In this document: positions 36,268 to 50,078 of the stretch, in pieces | Numbering within the stretch: position 1 is the first letter of the stretch | How the letters are laid out: each line of letters begins with the position of its first letter | NCBI GenBank assembly: GCA_028534125.1 | Contig: CM052818.1 | Span: 8,744,001-8,808,000 of the forward strand | Source: Lama glama | Lineage: Eukaryota | Reading direction: 5' to 3' | Length of the DNA stretch: 64,000 nt | Notes under the pieces: model-generated | The model's input: the letters and a program-made list of their open reading frames with translations, nothing else | Database searches by the model: none | What the model was told of the DNA's origin: nothing | Program-made: the position numbers and the translations under genes

Positions 36268-37699
36268 AAAATTAGCTTCTCAAATAGGGGAAGACACAGC
36301 CAAAACACTCCAGGTACTTGCCTCCAGAGAAAGGGACTATGAATTAGAAAGGATGATTTTTAAAAATTGTGAACATTGAGATGCTATTTGCTTTTAAACT
36401 ATGTGTATATATTACTTTGTTTTAAAAAATTAAATGCTGCTTTAAAAAAAAGCAGAACTGAAGCCCTAAGAAATGGAGTCATGGAGTTTTAGGGGCACCT
36501 TTTCTTTGAGAGTCTAGAAACTCTGATTTTTCTTATTGTATGTTAATTAAGCTTCTCCATCTAGGATAAAAAAGTTTCTGGATTCAGAAAGAAGGGAGCC
36601 AGAAAAGGTCCTGAATCTGGACCTCGAGCAGGGCATGCTCTGTGGGCCCTGAGGAGGTGGATTTCTGTAAAGATATCTTTGGATGCTAAAGACCGGGCTG
36701 GGCAGAGAAGGGATACGTGTCATATTCATCCTTAGACCCCAGACCTCTAGGTTACCTCGTGTTCATCTCCTGCAGCTGCTTCTACTGGAGCCACAGCTCT
36801 GAGAAGACCCACACACAGGCCTCGGGCCTTTGCACCCTTCGTACGGGTGGTCCCTCTTCCCTCAGTTACGCACTCGGCCCCCTCCCTTGCCACAGTCAGG
36901 CCTCTGAACAGATGTTGGCTACTTATGAAACTTGTGCCTGACCAATTACTATCTGAACTAGCCCTACAATTCCCCCCGCTCGATTTCTCTTCCTTACACG
37001 TATTACTACTTTGCATTATGTGATATATTCATGTGCCCCAGTTAAAATGCAAGGTGTGTAAACGGAGGCGTTTTTATTTATGGCCAGGTCCCCAGGTCTT
37101 GGGACAGTGCCTGGCACATCATAAGAGCCCATAAGTGTGTGTTGAATGAGTGAATGGATCTTAAAGTGAGGACGGAGTCAAACATCAAACAGGAGGTATA
37201 TCACCAAGCAACTATGGACTCACCTGAGAGGTAGGGGGAGGAAGGGCAGAGTATGGAGTGGCTTTGGGGGTATTTGGCGGTGGCAGGGGAGGGACTGCCA
37301 AGACCCTGACTTGAGGCCCTGCAGTTGCAGACACTGTGGGTGCCTCCTTCCTGGTTTGACATCAGCTCTCATCAAACCCTGGCCGATCACAGCCTCGTCG
37401 AACTGGAAAAGTCTAGAGGAACCAATGAAGAAACTGAAACCCAGAGAGGCTTAAGTGGTAGAGCTTGGGTTCAAACCCAGGTCTATCTGATGCCCAATCT
37501 ACTCTTTTCACCAAAATACAACCCTGCCTCCAGCAATTCCTGCTGCCTGCTCTAACAGCAGGGGGGAAAAAAGAGTGTGGGGAAATTGTTCTGTAAATCT
37601 TCAACCAGTGGCCACTCTGAAGATAGAAGGCAGGCTCCAAACTGCATTTCTACTGAATAGTTATCATGCTCTATAGAATAACAACTCTGAACTTTCTAC

Positions 37700-37905
37700 A
37701 ACATTATTCAATAGAATTTTCTGCAACAATGGAAATATTCTCCACCTGTGCTGTTCGATACAGTAACCACTAGTCACAGGGGCTAATAAGTACTTGAAAT
37801 GAGGCTAGTGTGACTGAGGCAGTGAACGTTAAATTGTATTTCATGTAATTAATTAACATTTAAGTATAAATTGCTGTGCGGCTAGTGGCTACTGGTTTCA
37901 GATGT
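37700..37905. mobile_element. MER3-like hAT-Charlie element
   Basis: caatagaattttctgcaacaatggaaatattct...cagtaaccactagtcac...gctagtggctactg. Confidence 0.75.
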
Positions 37906-37944
37906 GCCATTCCAGAAACTTGTATAAAAATCTTTGGAATATGG

Positions 37945-38060
37945 GGAGGAGAGAGGGGGAGGGAGAGGGAGAGAGAGAGAGAGTGAGAAAGAGAAAGAGA
38001 GAGGGAGGGAGGGAGGGAGGGAGTGGGAGAGAGAAAGAGAGGAGAGGGAGAGGGAGGAGA
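37945..38060. repeat. GA-rich polypurine low-complexity tract
   Basis: Near-pure G/A run (gaga, ggga). Confidence 0.95.
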
Positions 38061-39089
38061 CTGGTTGTAATTTCTCCTTATAGCCACAAGATGGCACCAT
38101 TGCTCAGTCTACTCTGAAAAGCAATTCAGGCAGGTAAAATCTTCTAAGGCTGGTTTGGGATTCCCAGCTCCCCTCCTTCCCTCCCTCTTGGTCCCTCAGT
38201 CTGTCTTCAGTCTTTCTTCTTACCTGTCCTTCTTCTTCAATACTGACTTACTGACTTTCTGGTGGCCTTGGGCAATGTGATAACAGAGGTCCTTCTGTGA
38301 GGCTCAGAACAACAAAGATCCCTGAGACAGACTTGTCCACACAAAACACAGTGGTTATCTCACTGGATGTAACTGGAAAGGCTGAGTCCACCTGATTTTT
38401 CTTCTCTCTGGGCCCTGCCGCAGCTTGAAGGCCTCAGGGACAATCTGTTCTCTCACCCTTCCCCAAGAATCCTCACCCCACCTCCCAATATGCACACGTT
38501 GGAAGCCCCTGCCCTGGGATCCAGTTCTAAGGGGTCATTGGAATGTCTCTAGAGGAACTATAAACACACAGAGAATGTCTCCTGGTGGGGATATTTTCGA
38601 CTGAGGGAAAAGCTGGCAGTGGCCTGGGGATGGTGGGTGGAGCTTGCACATTTTTCTAAGATTTTTGTAGTTGGGGAATAAATCTCCAGGGACGGGCAGG
38701 GCTGCAGGCTAATTCCAGTACAGCAGGATCAGGGCTATGAAAACACGCACACAAAGGGAACTTCAAAGCTCTTCCGAGAATCTGAATGGGAAGGGGCCAG
38801 CGGAAGTTCTCGTTAACTGCACCGAAAGCCCTCTTGCTTTTAGATGGCCCTGCAGCTCTGCAAACTGGACCGTCCAGGCTCAGTGGGGTCAGGATTCAAC
38901 TGGGCCCTGAAGGCAGGGGCAGGGAGGGCAGAGCCCAGGGGTTGGAGTCTGGGTCTAACTGTTCTCTGGCCTCAAGAACCGAAGCCGATTTCATCTTTTC
39001 AACCTGAACCAGGTCCCCAAGGGAGCTCACCCCACTTTAGTCCGGCCTCTTCCCCAGCCCTGGTCAAACCCTAACACAGCTACTTCGCA

Positions 39090-40160
39090 GGGAGTGGTGA
39101 GAATCACTAATGCCAGAAGGTCACTTAAGGTAATAATTAGAACAATCATTAATTTCTGAGGCCTAAGTGACTCATTTATCTCTGATACACACAGGGATCA
39201 AAGGAGGGTATTTGTGGCTTAGAAACAAACCTCCCATTCTTTTCCCTGCTATGATAAATAATAAAGAGCTCCCAAGCCTCCACTGAAAGGGAACAGGCCC
39301 CTGTAGGCACCCCCTCAACTGCTGCCTCTTGTTTATAGAAAAGCTGGAGTCTCCCAGGCCTCCCTGAGTCATAGAAGAGCAAGTTGATTAGGACAAGCCT
39401 GCAGGCACTGGGGGATGGCAAGGACTCTGACCACCTATCTCAATGATTAACTGAAATTATTCCTTCATTTCCCTATAAAATGTTCATGGCTGAAAGAATC
39501 TTTGGAGATGGTTGGGGGTGAGGGGAAGCTGGGTCCTCTAGATTGCAGGCATTCTGATTAAAAGCAGTTTTCCTTTTAGTTACCAAGGCTGTTGCCCCCA
39601 GGATCATACCCTTGCCCCTCCCTCAAATAGAAGCCAGTTACTCTTATCTAAGTCTCAGGAGGCAGCTGCAGAGAAGAAACAAGAACTGGTTAGAACCCAG
39701 TCCAAGATGGTGGAGGACATGATTTCCAGTGGACCTTGAGCCTCATTATACACTCAATGTATTAGCACGCTAAGTGACACACCACCAGCGCCATGACATT
39801 TGGCAATTCCCATGACAACAACCAGAAAAGCCCATGCAAGGACTGAAAAACTCTAACAAGGACTGACTGGTTCCATCACACCAGGAAGGAGGACATGATG
39901 GTGGAAGCCTCCCATAAAAGTCCACGAGGCCTGACCCAGGCCAGGACCCTGCCACCCATCTTGGCTGATTGCTCCCCACTTAGCACCTCTTGCCTGCTTG
40001 TGCACTTTTCATTTCCCCTTCTGAGCAATAAACCGGCTATTAATGTTTTCCCTCTGCCTCTGCCATGCGAATTCTTTCACAGCCGGCAGCAAGCACCCAC
40101 ACTCTGGTGGGCTTCCTAGTGTAAGGGTCCCTCCATCCGCTAACACCTTCACCCATCTCT
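39090..40160 (+). mobile_element. ERV-type LTR cluster (probably one LTR at ~39576-40145 nested in another)
   Basis: TATA-like ctataaaa ~39474 and ATTAAA ~39557 in the outer element. Inner element has ccaagatggtggagga...gtggaccttgagcctcattata (shared with the LTRs at 50153 and 60455), AATAAA ~40028, ends ...taaca. Boundaries approximate. Confidence 0.65.
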
Positions 40161-40579
40161 CCTCAGGGAGTCCTTGGTCTTTACCGTCCTTGTTCAAAAC
40201 CAGCCCTCTTCTCCCTGATCTCTACCCTCCCCTCTTTAAGAAGCACGGCAGGTCAAGCAGCTCTCTGCCCAGCTAGAGAGTCTTGGCTGCAGCTACGGAG
40301 CGAGTGGTGCCAATCCCTCCTTCCCAGGTGAGGGCAGTAAGCCCCAACCCCTGGCAGGCCCAGAGTGGGCAGCAGGCAGGCTCTCCCTGGGAATCCACTA
40401 TCTTTATTTTGCCTCCATATGTACATCAGTGCCAGAGTCGGTCAGCCAGGGTCGGGGGGGGACCTGTCCCTGTCACTTACTTATTAGCTGTGTGACCTTG
40501 AGTGAGTTAACCTTTTTAAGCTTCAGTTTCCAGATATGTGAAATAAGGATAATAATAGAATCTTAAAGTGACTTATGAA

Positions 40580-40695
40580 GGGGGCTGGATAGCTCAGTGG
40601 TAGAGTGTGTGCTCAGCATGCACGAGGTCCTGGGTTCATTCCCTAGTTCTTCCATTAAAAAACAAACAAATAAACCTAATTACCCCCCCAAAAGA
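40580..40695 (+). mobile_element. Vic-1-like SINE inserted into a MIR (~40460-40770)
   Basis: A/B boxes; TSD aaagtgacttatgaa / aaactggcttatgaa; MIR core (agctgtgtgaccttgagtgagttaacc) flanks it. Confidence 0.9.
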
Positions 40696-40977
40696 AAACT
40701 GGCTTATGAAAATTACCTAAGATAAAATATGTAAAATGCTTACAGAGCCTGATACAAAATAACATCAGCTACATTTGTCAGTACCTCAAGGTCCTAATTT
40801 TATTTCCAAGAACTCGTAGCTGGAATGCAAACTAAGTCTTTCATGTTCTGATGTGGCCTCTAAGAGATGCTGAAGTGAGGATGGGGGTGGGGGTGCCTGG
40901 GCCACCACTGTAACAAAAATCAGATCACACGTGTTGGGGAGGTGGGGGTCAGCCTTCAGGAGGCTGTGAGATGGGCC

Positions 40978-41197
40978 CAGGTCGGTTTCCCAGCCTCCGG
41001 CACTGTTGACCTTCAGGACTAGGTAATGCAGTTGTTGTGAGGCCTCATTCTGTGCATTTCGAAGCGTTTAGCAGCATCTCTGGCCTCTCCTCACTAGGTG
41101 CCACTAGCAGCCTTCTAGTTATCACAACCAAAAATGTCTCTAGACACTGCCACTTGTCCTTTGAGGGGCAAAATTGCTCCTGGTTGAGAACTGCTGG
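40978..41197. mobile_element. MER20 hAT-Charlie element
   Basis: ggcactgttgac...tttagcagcatctctggcctc...acaaccaaaaatgtctctagacactgcc...ggttgagaactgctg. Confidence 0.85.
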
Positions 41198-41549
41198 TCT
41201 AGGCAGATGGAGAAGGGTGGAAGCCTCTCCACAGGCGCTGGCTGAGCTGAGGTGAGGAGGCAGGAATGAGCATGATCAGAGCGGAGACCACCCTGCCCGG
41301 GGCAGGGCTCAGGCAGATCCTCAGGCCTGAGGATAGAGGGTGGCCTCAGAAGAGAAACACCCATGTTTTTTCCTAGCGAGGATGTGGCCTGGCTGCCTCA
41401 GGAGGCATACCTGCTTAGGTGTGGACCTCTGGATTCCCCGTAGCCAGAGCTCAGATATATAACCCTGTCCAAGCCCAGAAGCCCTGGCCAAGAAACTGTG
41501 CCCCAGTGATACAGAGTGCTCGCTGACAGGACATTGGGTCAGGTCTTAC

Positions 41550-41770
41550 CTCAGGGCAGAGCATACTGCCTGGGTGTGAATCTCTATCACTCACTGTGTG
41601 ACCTTGGGTAAATTGCTTAATCTCTCTGTGCCTTAGGATCCTTATCTAGAAAAGAAAAACAATAGAATTTACCTCATAGGGTTGTTAGGAGGACCCAATG
41701 ACTTAATGTTTGTAAAGTACTTAGAACAGAGCCTAGCATACAGCAAGCTCTAAAGTGCTTGTTAAATAAA
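41550..41770 (+). mobile_element. MIR SINE
   Basis: ctgtgtgaccttgggtaaattgcttaatctctctgtgcct...tacctcatagggttgtt...aagtacttagaacagagcctagcatac. Confidence 0.85.
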
Positions 41771-42602
41771 CTAAAATCTGAAAGAAATGTGCTACCGACC
41801 AGAAGATACAGCCCTCTGTAAGTCAGTTTGTCCCTGCTCTGACCACAGGCCCAGCAGTTGTATTTCTGGGGGTCCCTACTCACCTGTACCCGGGGCTGGG
41901 GTTGTGACTCCCTGGGGCAGCTCCCCTACTGAGGTGGTTCTTCTCAGGGAAAGTTCCTTTGACCAGAGAGCAAGCTCAGTGCACAGGGCTCAGAACTTCC
42001 CACTGACAGCCCCTGGGGATTTCTTTGATGTAAGAGTGTTGGGAGGAAAAATTTTTCCTCTACCCACTTAGGTTCCAGGGGTGGGGGTAGGGGCCAGATT
42101 AGCAGGAGAAAAGACAAAGTTTGTGCACACACTGAGTGCAGGAGCACTGTGTAATGAGTAACCCACTGAGTAACCAGAGGTAAAGGTTCGTGCATCAACT
42201 TAACAATGGCACCGGCTGCGGTAGGGGATGGGGAGTGAGAACTTCAAAGGATAGAAGGTTCTGAGGAGGCTTGTTTACACAATTTCTTTGGGAATGTCTG
42301 TCCTGGTGCCCAAGGTCAGTGCCTCCCTGAATGGAGACCAAGGGGAGGGTGGAGGTGAGGTGATGGCAGCTGATTCTCAATGCTCTGTGCTGGGCAGATG
42401 AGAAAAGTTCAGGGGTGAGTACTTCTGCTCTGTTGAAGGGCTATTGTTCCCTCTAAGACAAGGACCTGTGGAGGGAAGGAATGGGGTGAGTGGCTGTGAC
42501 CTTCAGGGCCCTAACATTTTTGCCTGTCAGAGGAGGCAAAACCCCAGCCAGAAAGCCCCCTAAACACGCAGCAGGAAAAGCTGCTCAGAGTTGCCAAGTG
42601 CT

Positions 42603-43580
42603 TTGTGTTAGTTATTTATAGCTATGTAACAAACGATCCAAAACTTCTTGGCTTAAACAACAAACATTTATTGTCTCTGATGGTATCTAAGAGTCAGGAG
42701 CTTGGAAACAGCTTAGCTGAGTGGTTCTCAACATGTTGAATGGGGCTGCTGTCATCTGAAGGCTTAACTGGGTTTGGGGACCCACATCCAAGATGACTCA
42801 TCTCACAGCTGTTGGCTGGAGGCCTCAGTTCCTCACCACACAGACCTCTGATAGGGTCGCTTGTGTGTCCTGACAACATGGCTTCTGGCTCCTTCCCGAG
42901 TGAGCAGCCCAAGACAGAGACTAACGCGGAAGTCTGAATGCCTTTTCCTGAGCCAGCCTCACAAGGCATGTGCGTCACTTCTGCTGTATTCTGTTGGTTG
43001 TACAGCTCAATCCTGATGTAACATGGGAGTGTTGCAGAAAAACGTGTTACAGCTCGGTGTTACAGCTCAGTTGTGACAGCAACCTGGATCTGGGCGAGAG
43101 ACCAAGCAGCTCTCAGAGAGTTGGAGAACTCAGGTTTATTACGCCAGCGGGCCCAGAAGAGCTAACACTCCAAGCTCTGGACCCCATCTGTAGGTTTACA
43201 CAGGCTTTTATAGGCTGCCAGTTTATACTTTGTAACATCATATGCAAATAAGGTATAACAAAAGTTGACTAATTAGGAACAGGCTTTGTAGAAATGGACC
43301 AATCAGGGGGGAGAGAAATAACCACTCAGGAGTGAGGGAAATGGGCCAATCAGGAGTGAGCTCCACTTTCCTAGAAGTCAGCTGGTTTGGAGGCAAAAAG
43401 TGAGATAAAGCCGCTGGGCCAGGGAACCAGACGGTGCTGGCAAGAGAGTAGTGGCCCTGCCTGGGGTCCTGCTGGTCTTTTTATGGGGCTTCCCAGCTTC
43501 CCACCTCAGGAGGAGACTACACAAGCCATGAAAACCAGGAGGTGGGGCTCACTGGGTACCACTTTAGAGGCCAGCTACCA
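42603..43580 (-). mobile_element. MaLR LTR (MLT1F-like) split by an ERV LTR
   Basis: tgtgttagttatttatagctatgtaacaaac...ggcttaaacaacaaacattt...; resumes at 43513 (gagactacacaagccatgaaaaccagg). Confidence 0.8.
43030..43508 (-). mobile_element. ERV1-type solo LTR with 4-bp TSD
   Basis: TG...CA termini, GGAG duplicated at 43026-43029 and 43509-43512; minus-strand TATAAAA and AATAAA; repeated ccaatcagg boxes. Confidence 0.9.
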
Positions 43581-45239
43581 GTCTTTCAGGTCTCCTTCCC
43601 AAAAGAACATTCACCTGGGCCCTGGCCCGAGGCCCAGATGTCCGCCGGGCTCAGTCCCATCCTCGCAAAAGCCACTCACCCTGAAAACCCAGGGCACAGG
43701 GTGGGATTTGGTGCCGCTGGCTACTGCCTCGGTCTGCCTCCTCGCTGAACAGAATATCCACTGGGAAGTGGGTTAGTCACCCCCAGGCTGGAGTGAAGGC
43801 TAGACCCAAGGCACTGAGTGGGAGAAAACTGGGCTGTGGGCCCCTCCACAAGGTGAGACTGAAATAAAGCCTTCACACCAACAAAACTAAATAAAAACAG
43901 AAACAACAACAACAAAAACATAACAGTAGGGAAACAGGCAATTCTGAAGGGTTGGTCCAAGATATCAGAGGAGGGACAGATGACGGGGCTGCGGCACTTC
44001 CCCAGGCTTTCGGCAGGAGACAGGACATGGCACCCAAAGCTCTTCCTGAGCCCCCGGTCCAGATACGATGAACTGCCGACAGCTCCCCTTTGTGTCCTGC
44101 TGTTTCATGCCTCCCAGCCACTGCCCCTTCTCCTCCTGCCAGCAGAAACACCTTCCCCCCATGACTCCCCTTCTCATCACCTCTGTTCTCCCAGACTCAA
44201 CTCAAGGAGGAGTCTGTCACCAAGAAGCCATCCCTGATGCCTCCTGTCTGATCCAGCTACCTGCCGCTGTGGTCCCAAAGCACCCTCGCTGCCACCCACC
44301 CCACCCTCGCCATCCCTGCCATGTTCTACCACACTCACTGTGCACTCCCTACCGGACTTGAATCTCCTGGAGGGCAGGCGACAATGTCACATTCACATGG
44401 GATCTGGCACAGTGCCTTGTGCACACTCAGCACTGAATATGTTTGTGAAGAAAGGAGGGAGCAGAAGAAGGAAGGATTCAGGAGACAGCAAGTAACTCAT
44501 TCCTCTCTGTCCCCTTCATTGTTCAAGAGCAGGGCTTCAAGCAGAGTCAGAGATGTTGGCCAGAACCACCCTCCGCTGCCCTCCACAACCCCAGAAAAAC
44601 AAGCTGGACAATTCAAGTCTCAATCATATAACACTCACTTTGAGAAAAGCTTTTGGTATTGAAGGTGAAAAAAATGAGGATCGGGGGCTGGAGGAGCACC
44701 TGCTCCCAGGATATCCTGACTTTGCTGGAGGAGCTTGAGGCTAATGACAGGTTGAAAACACATGGTGACAATCTCTGTGGGAAAAAGCCTGGTGATCCTG
44801 TGGGTTTCCTGAGAGCAGTCAGCAGTGCCGGGAGGAGGCCGAATGTCTGTATTAAAGCAACTCAAGGCCAAGATATGGGGTGACCCCAGCATGAGATCAG
44901 TTGGAGAGAATCACGCGGGGCAGAAGGACTGCTCTGCCCTCTCTGGGCACACGTGAGACCTCTGGTTATTCTCAGCCACTCACTCGAGTTCAGTCTCCGC
45001 ATGCATCAGGTTAATATTTTAAACATTAACTATGTTTTGTTTTGGTTTAGTTTTCTGTTTGCTGAGACCTCACATGCTCAGAATGAATTAGCCATCCTCC
45101 TTGGTCCAGGTGCTCCATCTCGATTAGCATGTGCAGGGCTCACTTTTATTTTAAGTTTTGGACTCCCTCATCCCATCCCCAGTCTCATTTTTCTCCTTAT
45201 CATCCCTATGATTCTGTGTGTCCTGTCAATCTAATATTT

Positions 45240-45740
45240 CTGTTTGGCTCTAGGCCCAATATTGGTATGATTTTATGCCTTTTTTTTTTTAAATATGCTT
45301 AAGTGGTCTTTTGGTAAACGTATCATTCTTCTCTCACTTTTTCCCAGTCAAGATTATGAGATTTTGCGATGGCTCCAAATTAATATAAGTACATATGGAC
45401 CAGAGCATTCCTTTTATCTGCTAAATGCTACTCATCATTTGCATGTAAGATTTTATGTATCTACTTTCCTATTGATCAACTTCTAGGTGTTTCCAAGACT
45501 TCGCCATAACAAACAATTCTCCAGGGACATCGTCACACATGCTTCTTTGGGGGCCTGGCATCCTGGAGTGCTGGGTAGTAGGATTGGTCCACACTCCATT
45601 ACCATTTTCAATCTGTTCCCCAGGAAGGTTATACCAGCTGACATTCCCACAAGACTTTCTGCTCTCCCTCACCTTCGGCTGCACTTAATATCATCCAGCT
45701 TTTTACGATTTGCCCATCTGATCTGTGTTGAGACCCATCT
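45240..45740 (-). mobile_element. Ancient L1 3' fragment
   Basis: Degenerate antisense ORF2 C-terminal motifs (gctgggtagtaggattgg; acattcccacaag; catccagctttttacgatttgcccatctg). Confidence 0.55.
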
Positions 45741-48469
45741 CTCCTTCTCAACCCAATTTCCCCTTCCCATCCCAGTTTGCCGCTTCCCCCTCCCAAGCCC
45801 CAGGTTGTTCTTTCTCATTCCCCCAGGGAAGAGATGTGATGACTGAAGCATGGGAAGGGGTGGAAGAAGGAGAATTCCCTTCTGGCTTGTGAGGTTCAAA
45901 ATCCCGGGCTCTTGGGGGACCAAAAAGGTTTCAGAGCACAGAAAAAAGATATGGGAGGAAAGTGCCATGAAAAGGAAGGGAAGGCCAGGCACCCACTTTA
46001 GCCCCCCGGCTTGAAGCACAGTGGTTGGGTGGTGAAGGAGGGTGTCAGAAGGAAGGAAAGGACAGCTCCCGGGGATGGCAGACCACACGCGGAGGGCTGA
46101 AGCAGGAGCATGGGCACGGGAGGTGGGCTTTGCAGAGACCAGGGAGTGGTGGGGTCTGTGGTTCCCCGGATGGCGCCTTCCTCCACAGCAACCAAGGAGC
46201 GCCTGCCCTGCATCATCCTCCTGCCGTGGGAAGTCCTCCAGCACTAGAGACCGGGAGGAAAGGGGCGGACCCCATGTGGCTGGGATGGAAATCAGGAGAC
46301 CTTGATGGCATGGGAGACTGACCCAGAAGTTCAGGTACAATAAGGAAAACAGAAGAGCTTATGTTTCTTCCTCACTTGTGTTTGTGGACTGCGGTTTTAC
46401 CCACTACAACAGGAGCCTCAGGGACCCCTGACAGCATGCCTCGGAGCCGAGACATTTGGGGGCAGCGGCTCCCCTCCCTATGGGAGAACTGGATTGAGAA
46501 GATGAGGGGCCCCTCAGAGGCCACTCATGATTCTAGAAATCCTCTTTCCCTTCTTTCTGTGTGATAGAAATATCCATCTAACTTTCAGGGTTTTGTCTTT
46601 TTAAAAAACATTTGAGTGTACCTTGTAATTTACTAATGGATTTTGTTTTTCAGTCTAAACAGAGGTCTTTGTTTTTAGTAGAAGAATTTTGACTGTATTC
46701 ATTTACTCTCATGTTGAGTCATTTCCTGGGTTCATATTTTATTTTAATTTTTATATTTCCTTCTCTTTTTTCCATTATGTCTTTTGCTTATTATATCTTG
46801 TAAGTTAAAGCATGTGTGGCAAGTCTTTTTTTTTTTTTTTTTAGCAGTCATGGGCAATTAACTTAAAACAATAAACATTTTCTTTTCTACATTTGGTCCT
46901 GACAACAATCAGAACTTTTAACTCTCTTCTATGAGAAAAAAATTTTTTTTTGCTTTTCACTGCCTACCAAATAAAAGCAAAAAGTACTCAAAAGAGTGAA
47001 AAAGATTATCATATAATGGGAAAGACATGTTTAATAATAAAATGTTAAGAACACTGATTATATATGACCCTAATATATAGTTACAAAATGCATAAAGCAA
47101 AAATGGGCATAAATACAAGAAAATTTCATTTTAGAAAAACAGTTATAGTAAGAGATTTTACTGTCCTATCCTCAGTTAGGCTTGAATTCAGTTGCATAGT
47201 AACAAATGCAAACATGGCAGCTTATCAAATGGAGTATTTTTCCTAAGTAAGGAGAGGTCTGGCAGGCCTCCAGAGCCAGTGCAGAGGTGGTGGAAGCTAT
47301 CAAGTGTCCAGGCTCCTCCTAACTTTAGGTTCTGCTACAGTGTGCTGTTCTTGACCTTGAAGGGTGGCAGAATATGACACCCCCAGATATGCCAGGGAGA
47401 TTCACCCCTCTCTCTTTACCCCCTCTTTGGCTTCTCTGCTGGTTTACTGTTGGACCTGCCTCACCATGCAGGTGACACACATTTCTCCATCTCTATGGCT
47501 ACGGTCTGTCACACTAGCTCTTCTCTTGACTGCCCCCCCCCCCCATTTCAGCAACATACTCCTGGGCTGTTGGAGTGGTGCCCTTCCCAGCTCAGCCTGG
47601 AACCAGGGTGCCCCCTGCTTCTGGGATATTCCTCAACTCTTACTTTAGCCCCCTAGCCTGTTCCAGCCCCTGAGAATTAACGGATATCTTGTACTAAGTA
47701 TAATTTTCAACTGTCCATGGTAACTGCCAATATAGTCTCAAACATCACATGCTAGACCACAAACGTAATCTTAGCTAGTTCAAAAGAACAGAAATGATAC
47801 GTGCTATGTCCTCTAGCCAAAATAGAATGAGACATAAAGTAACAACCAAAACAAATAAAAATAAACCAACTACGTGGAAATTTAAAAATTCTTACTGAGT
47901 CCACAGTTGAATTGGAAAGGAAATTAGGAACAAAAAAGTTTATTCAGAAAACAATGATGGTTCAAATCTGCCACTGTAATCTCTGTGGCATGGAGTCAAA
48001 GCAGTACTTTTAGGAAATTTTATGATTTAAAATTTTCTCTTTTTTGGTGGTTGATAAAAAGGGAACATTTTAGAAAGAATTCAACTGACGATCTGAGAAA
48101 AGGAATGAGAAGCCAAGCCAGACAAAGGAGGAAGAAGAAAATATGACCAGAATAACAGAAGGAGATAATTTTGAAAGTGAAAAATTATTTCAATCAGGCT
48201 CAATAAATAAAACCAAAAGCTAAATATTTGAAAAGTAAAGCCATTTCAATAAAATTTGAGTTGAGAAAGGAGACACCAACCAGTATATAAATATTTTAAA
48301 ATAAAAATAGAACACAAAGCATTTGCTAATAAGATTTGAACATATGAGTGAAAAGAACAATTTTTTTTAATAATTGGAAGTCCAAATTTAACCTAATAAA
48401 TATTAAACTAATAACTTGGGAAGGGGAAAGAAATTTAGAAAGTTACTCAACTAGAAATGTGTAGAAAAT

Positions 48470-48826
48470 TAGTTTCCCATTGCTGAATAACAAATTACCA
48501 TGAATCGAGTGGCTTAAAATAACACATATTAATTATCTTACAGTTTCCCTGGTTCAGGAGTCCAGGTATAGGGACCTGGGTTCCCGGCTCAGAGTTTCAC
48601 AGGTGGCGATCGAGGTGTTGGCTGCACAGTGTTCTCATCTGGTGGCTTGACTGGGGAAAAATCTGTTTCCAAGCTCATTGACTGTTGGCAGAATTCCTTT
48701 CCTTGTGGCTGTATGCCTGAGGCCCCAGCTTCTTACTAACTGTTGGCTCTCCTTGCCATGTGACTCTCTCCATAGGCAGTTCACAACATGGCAGTTTGCT
48801 TCCTCAAGGCCAACAGGAGAATCTCT

Positions 48827-48877
<51 letters not shown>

Positions 48878-49048
48878 CTACATCTGTATCTATATTTATA
48901 TCTCATATGTAATGAAGGAGTGACATCCCATCACCTCTGCCACAGTATATTAGAAGCAAGTCATAGGTTCCACTTATATTTAATGGGAGGAGATTAATTA
49001 TACAGGAGTGTTACTCACTGGAGGTTACCTTAGGCTGTGTCCATCACG
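48470..49048 (-). mobile_element. MaLR LTR (MLT1-type) containing (TCTA)n
   Basis: tagtttcccattgctgaataacaaattacc...gtggcttaaaataacac...gttggcagaattcc... Confidence 0.8.
48827..48877. repeat. (TCTA)~12 tetranucleotide microsatellite
   Basis: Perfect run. Confidence 0.97.
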
Positions 49049-50078
49049 ATGTGGATGAATGCCAAATCCTCCCAAACTTTCCAAGATGAATTACCTACCT
49101 TGAAAAATGGAAATCAAAGAATTCTACCCTTCATGACAGGACTGAAGCTCTGAAAGAGGCATGTGCTACAGGCAAAATAAGCCTTTGAGAACAGAGCCTT
49201 GGGCCCTCACCCTTGTGTGCTTTAATATCTCTTGCAACATCCTAATCTATAGTTCAGCTTGTGACTCCAACCTCTGCCCTCCACTTCTCCCTGGGTTCAC
49301 ACCCAGCCCCTGTACTGTCAGTTGTTAGATTTACCTTCTTGGCTTGATAAGCAGCGCCCCGTGCAGTCTTGTCCTCCATGGCTGTCATGTTCTGCTAAGG
49401 CCATATGTGCAATGCATACGGCCCTAGGGGTCTAGTGACATGCTAGGCCCTCACCCCCTTGGTCTCCTCTCCTGTCCTATAACCTAACCTGCCTTACCCA
49501 CTAGGCATTACAAATATTCTGATCTACATGCTGAAGTGCTTGTGATTGATGCTGAAGAAAGGAGCTGTGGGCTACATTTACAAAGTCTTGCTCGGCAAAG
49601 TTTCTCTTGGGATGGACTGAACTGGAATTGGAAGGCTCTGGGGCTAACTTTGTTAGTGGTGACAAAGGTCAAATTGAATTTCTTGGTCTGCTTTTGTAGG
49701 ATGGTCTCAGAGGAGCTGATAAATAGACATGGTCTTCACATAAAGCGTCTCTACTATTCTATGCCTTGGTTCAGAACCTTGAAAAGTGTGGCCTATTGCA
49801 TCGTTCATTCCAAGATGTAAAAATACATACGGCTTGATCCCCAAATCTAATAAAAGTAATGCACAAACAAAGAGTACTACACTATATAGGCCAGGTAATC
49901 ACAATGGTGATAGAGCTCCATGCATTCCAACGGAGAAACGTGATTCTTGAGAGGGCTAAAAAAACTTACTCTTTTTTATGTAGAAAGTGCAGATATACAA
50001 ACAGCACATATACAGATATATAGTGCTGTATCTGTGGAAGTAAAATAGCATGGAGGACGGTTAAGGAAAAAAATGCCA

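Noticed and set aside
45669..46340. Longest ORF (223 aa, minus strand)
   Set aside because: Non-ATG start, runs into an old L1 fragment, no domain signal.
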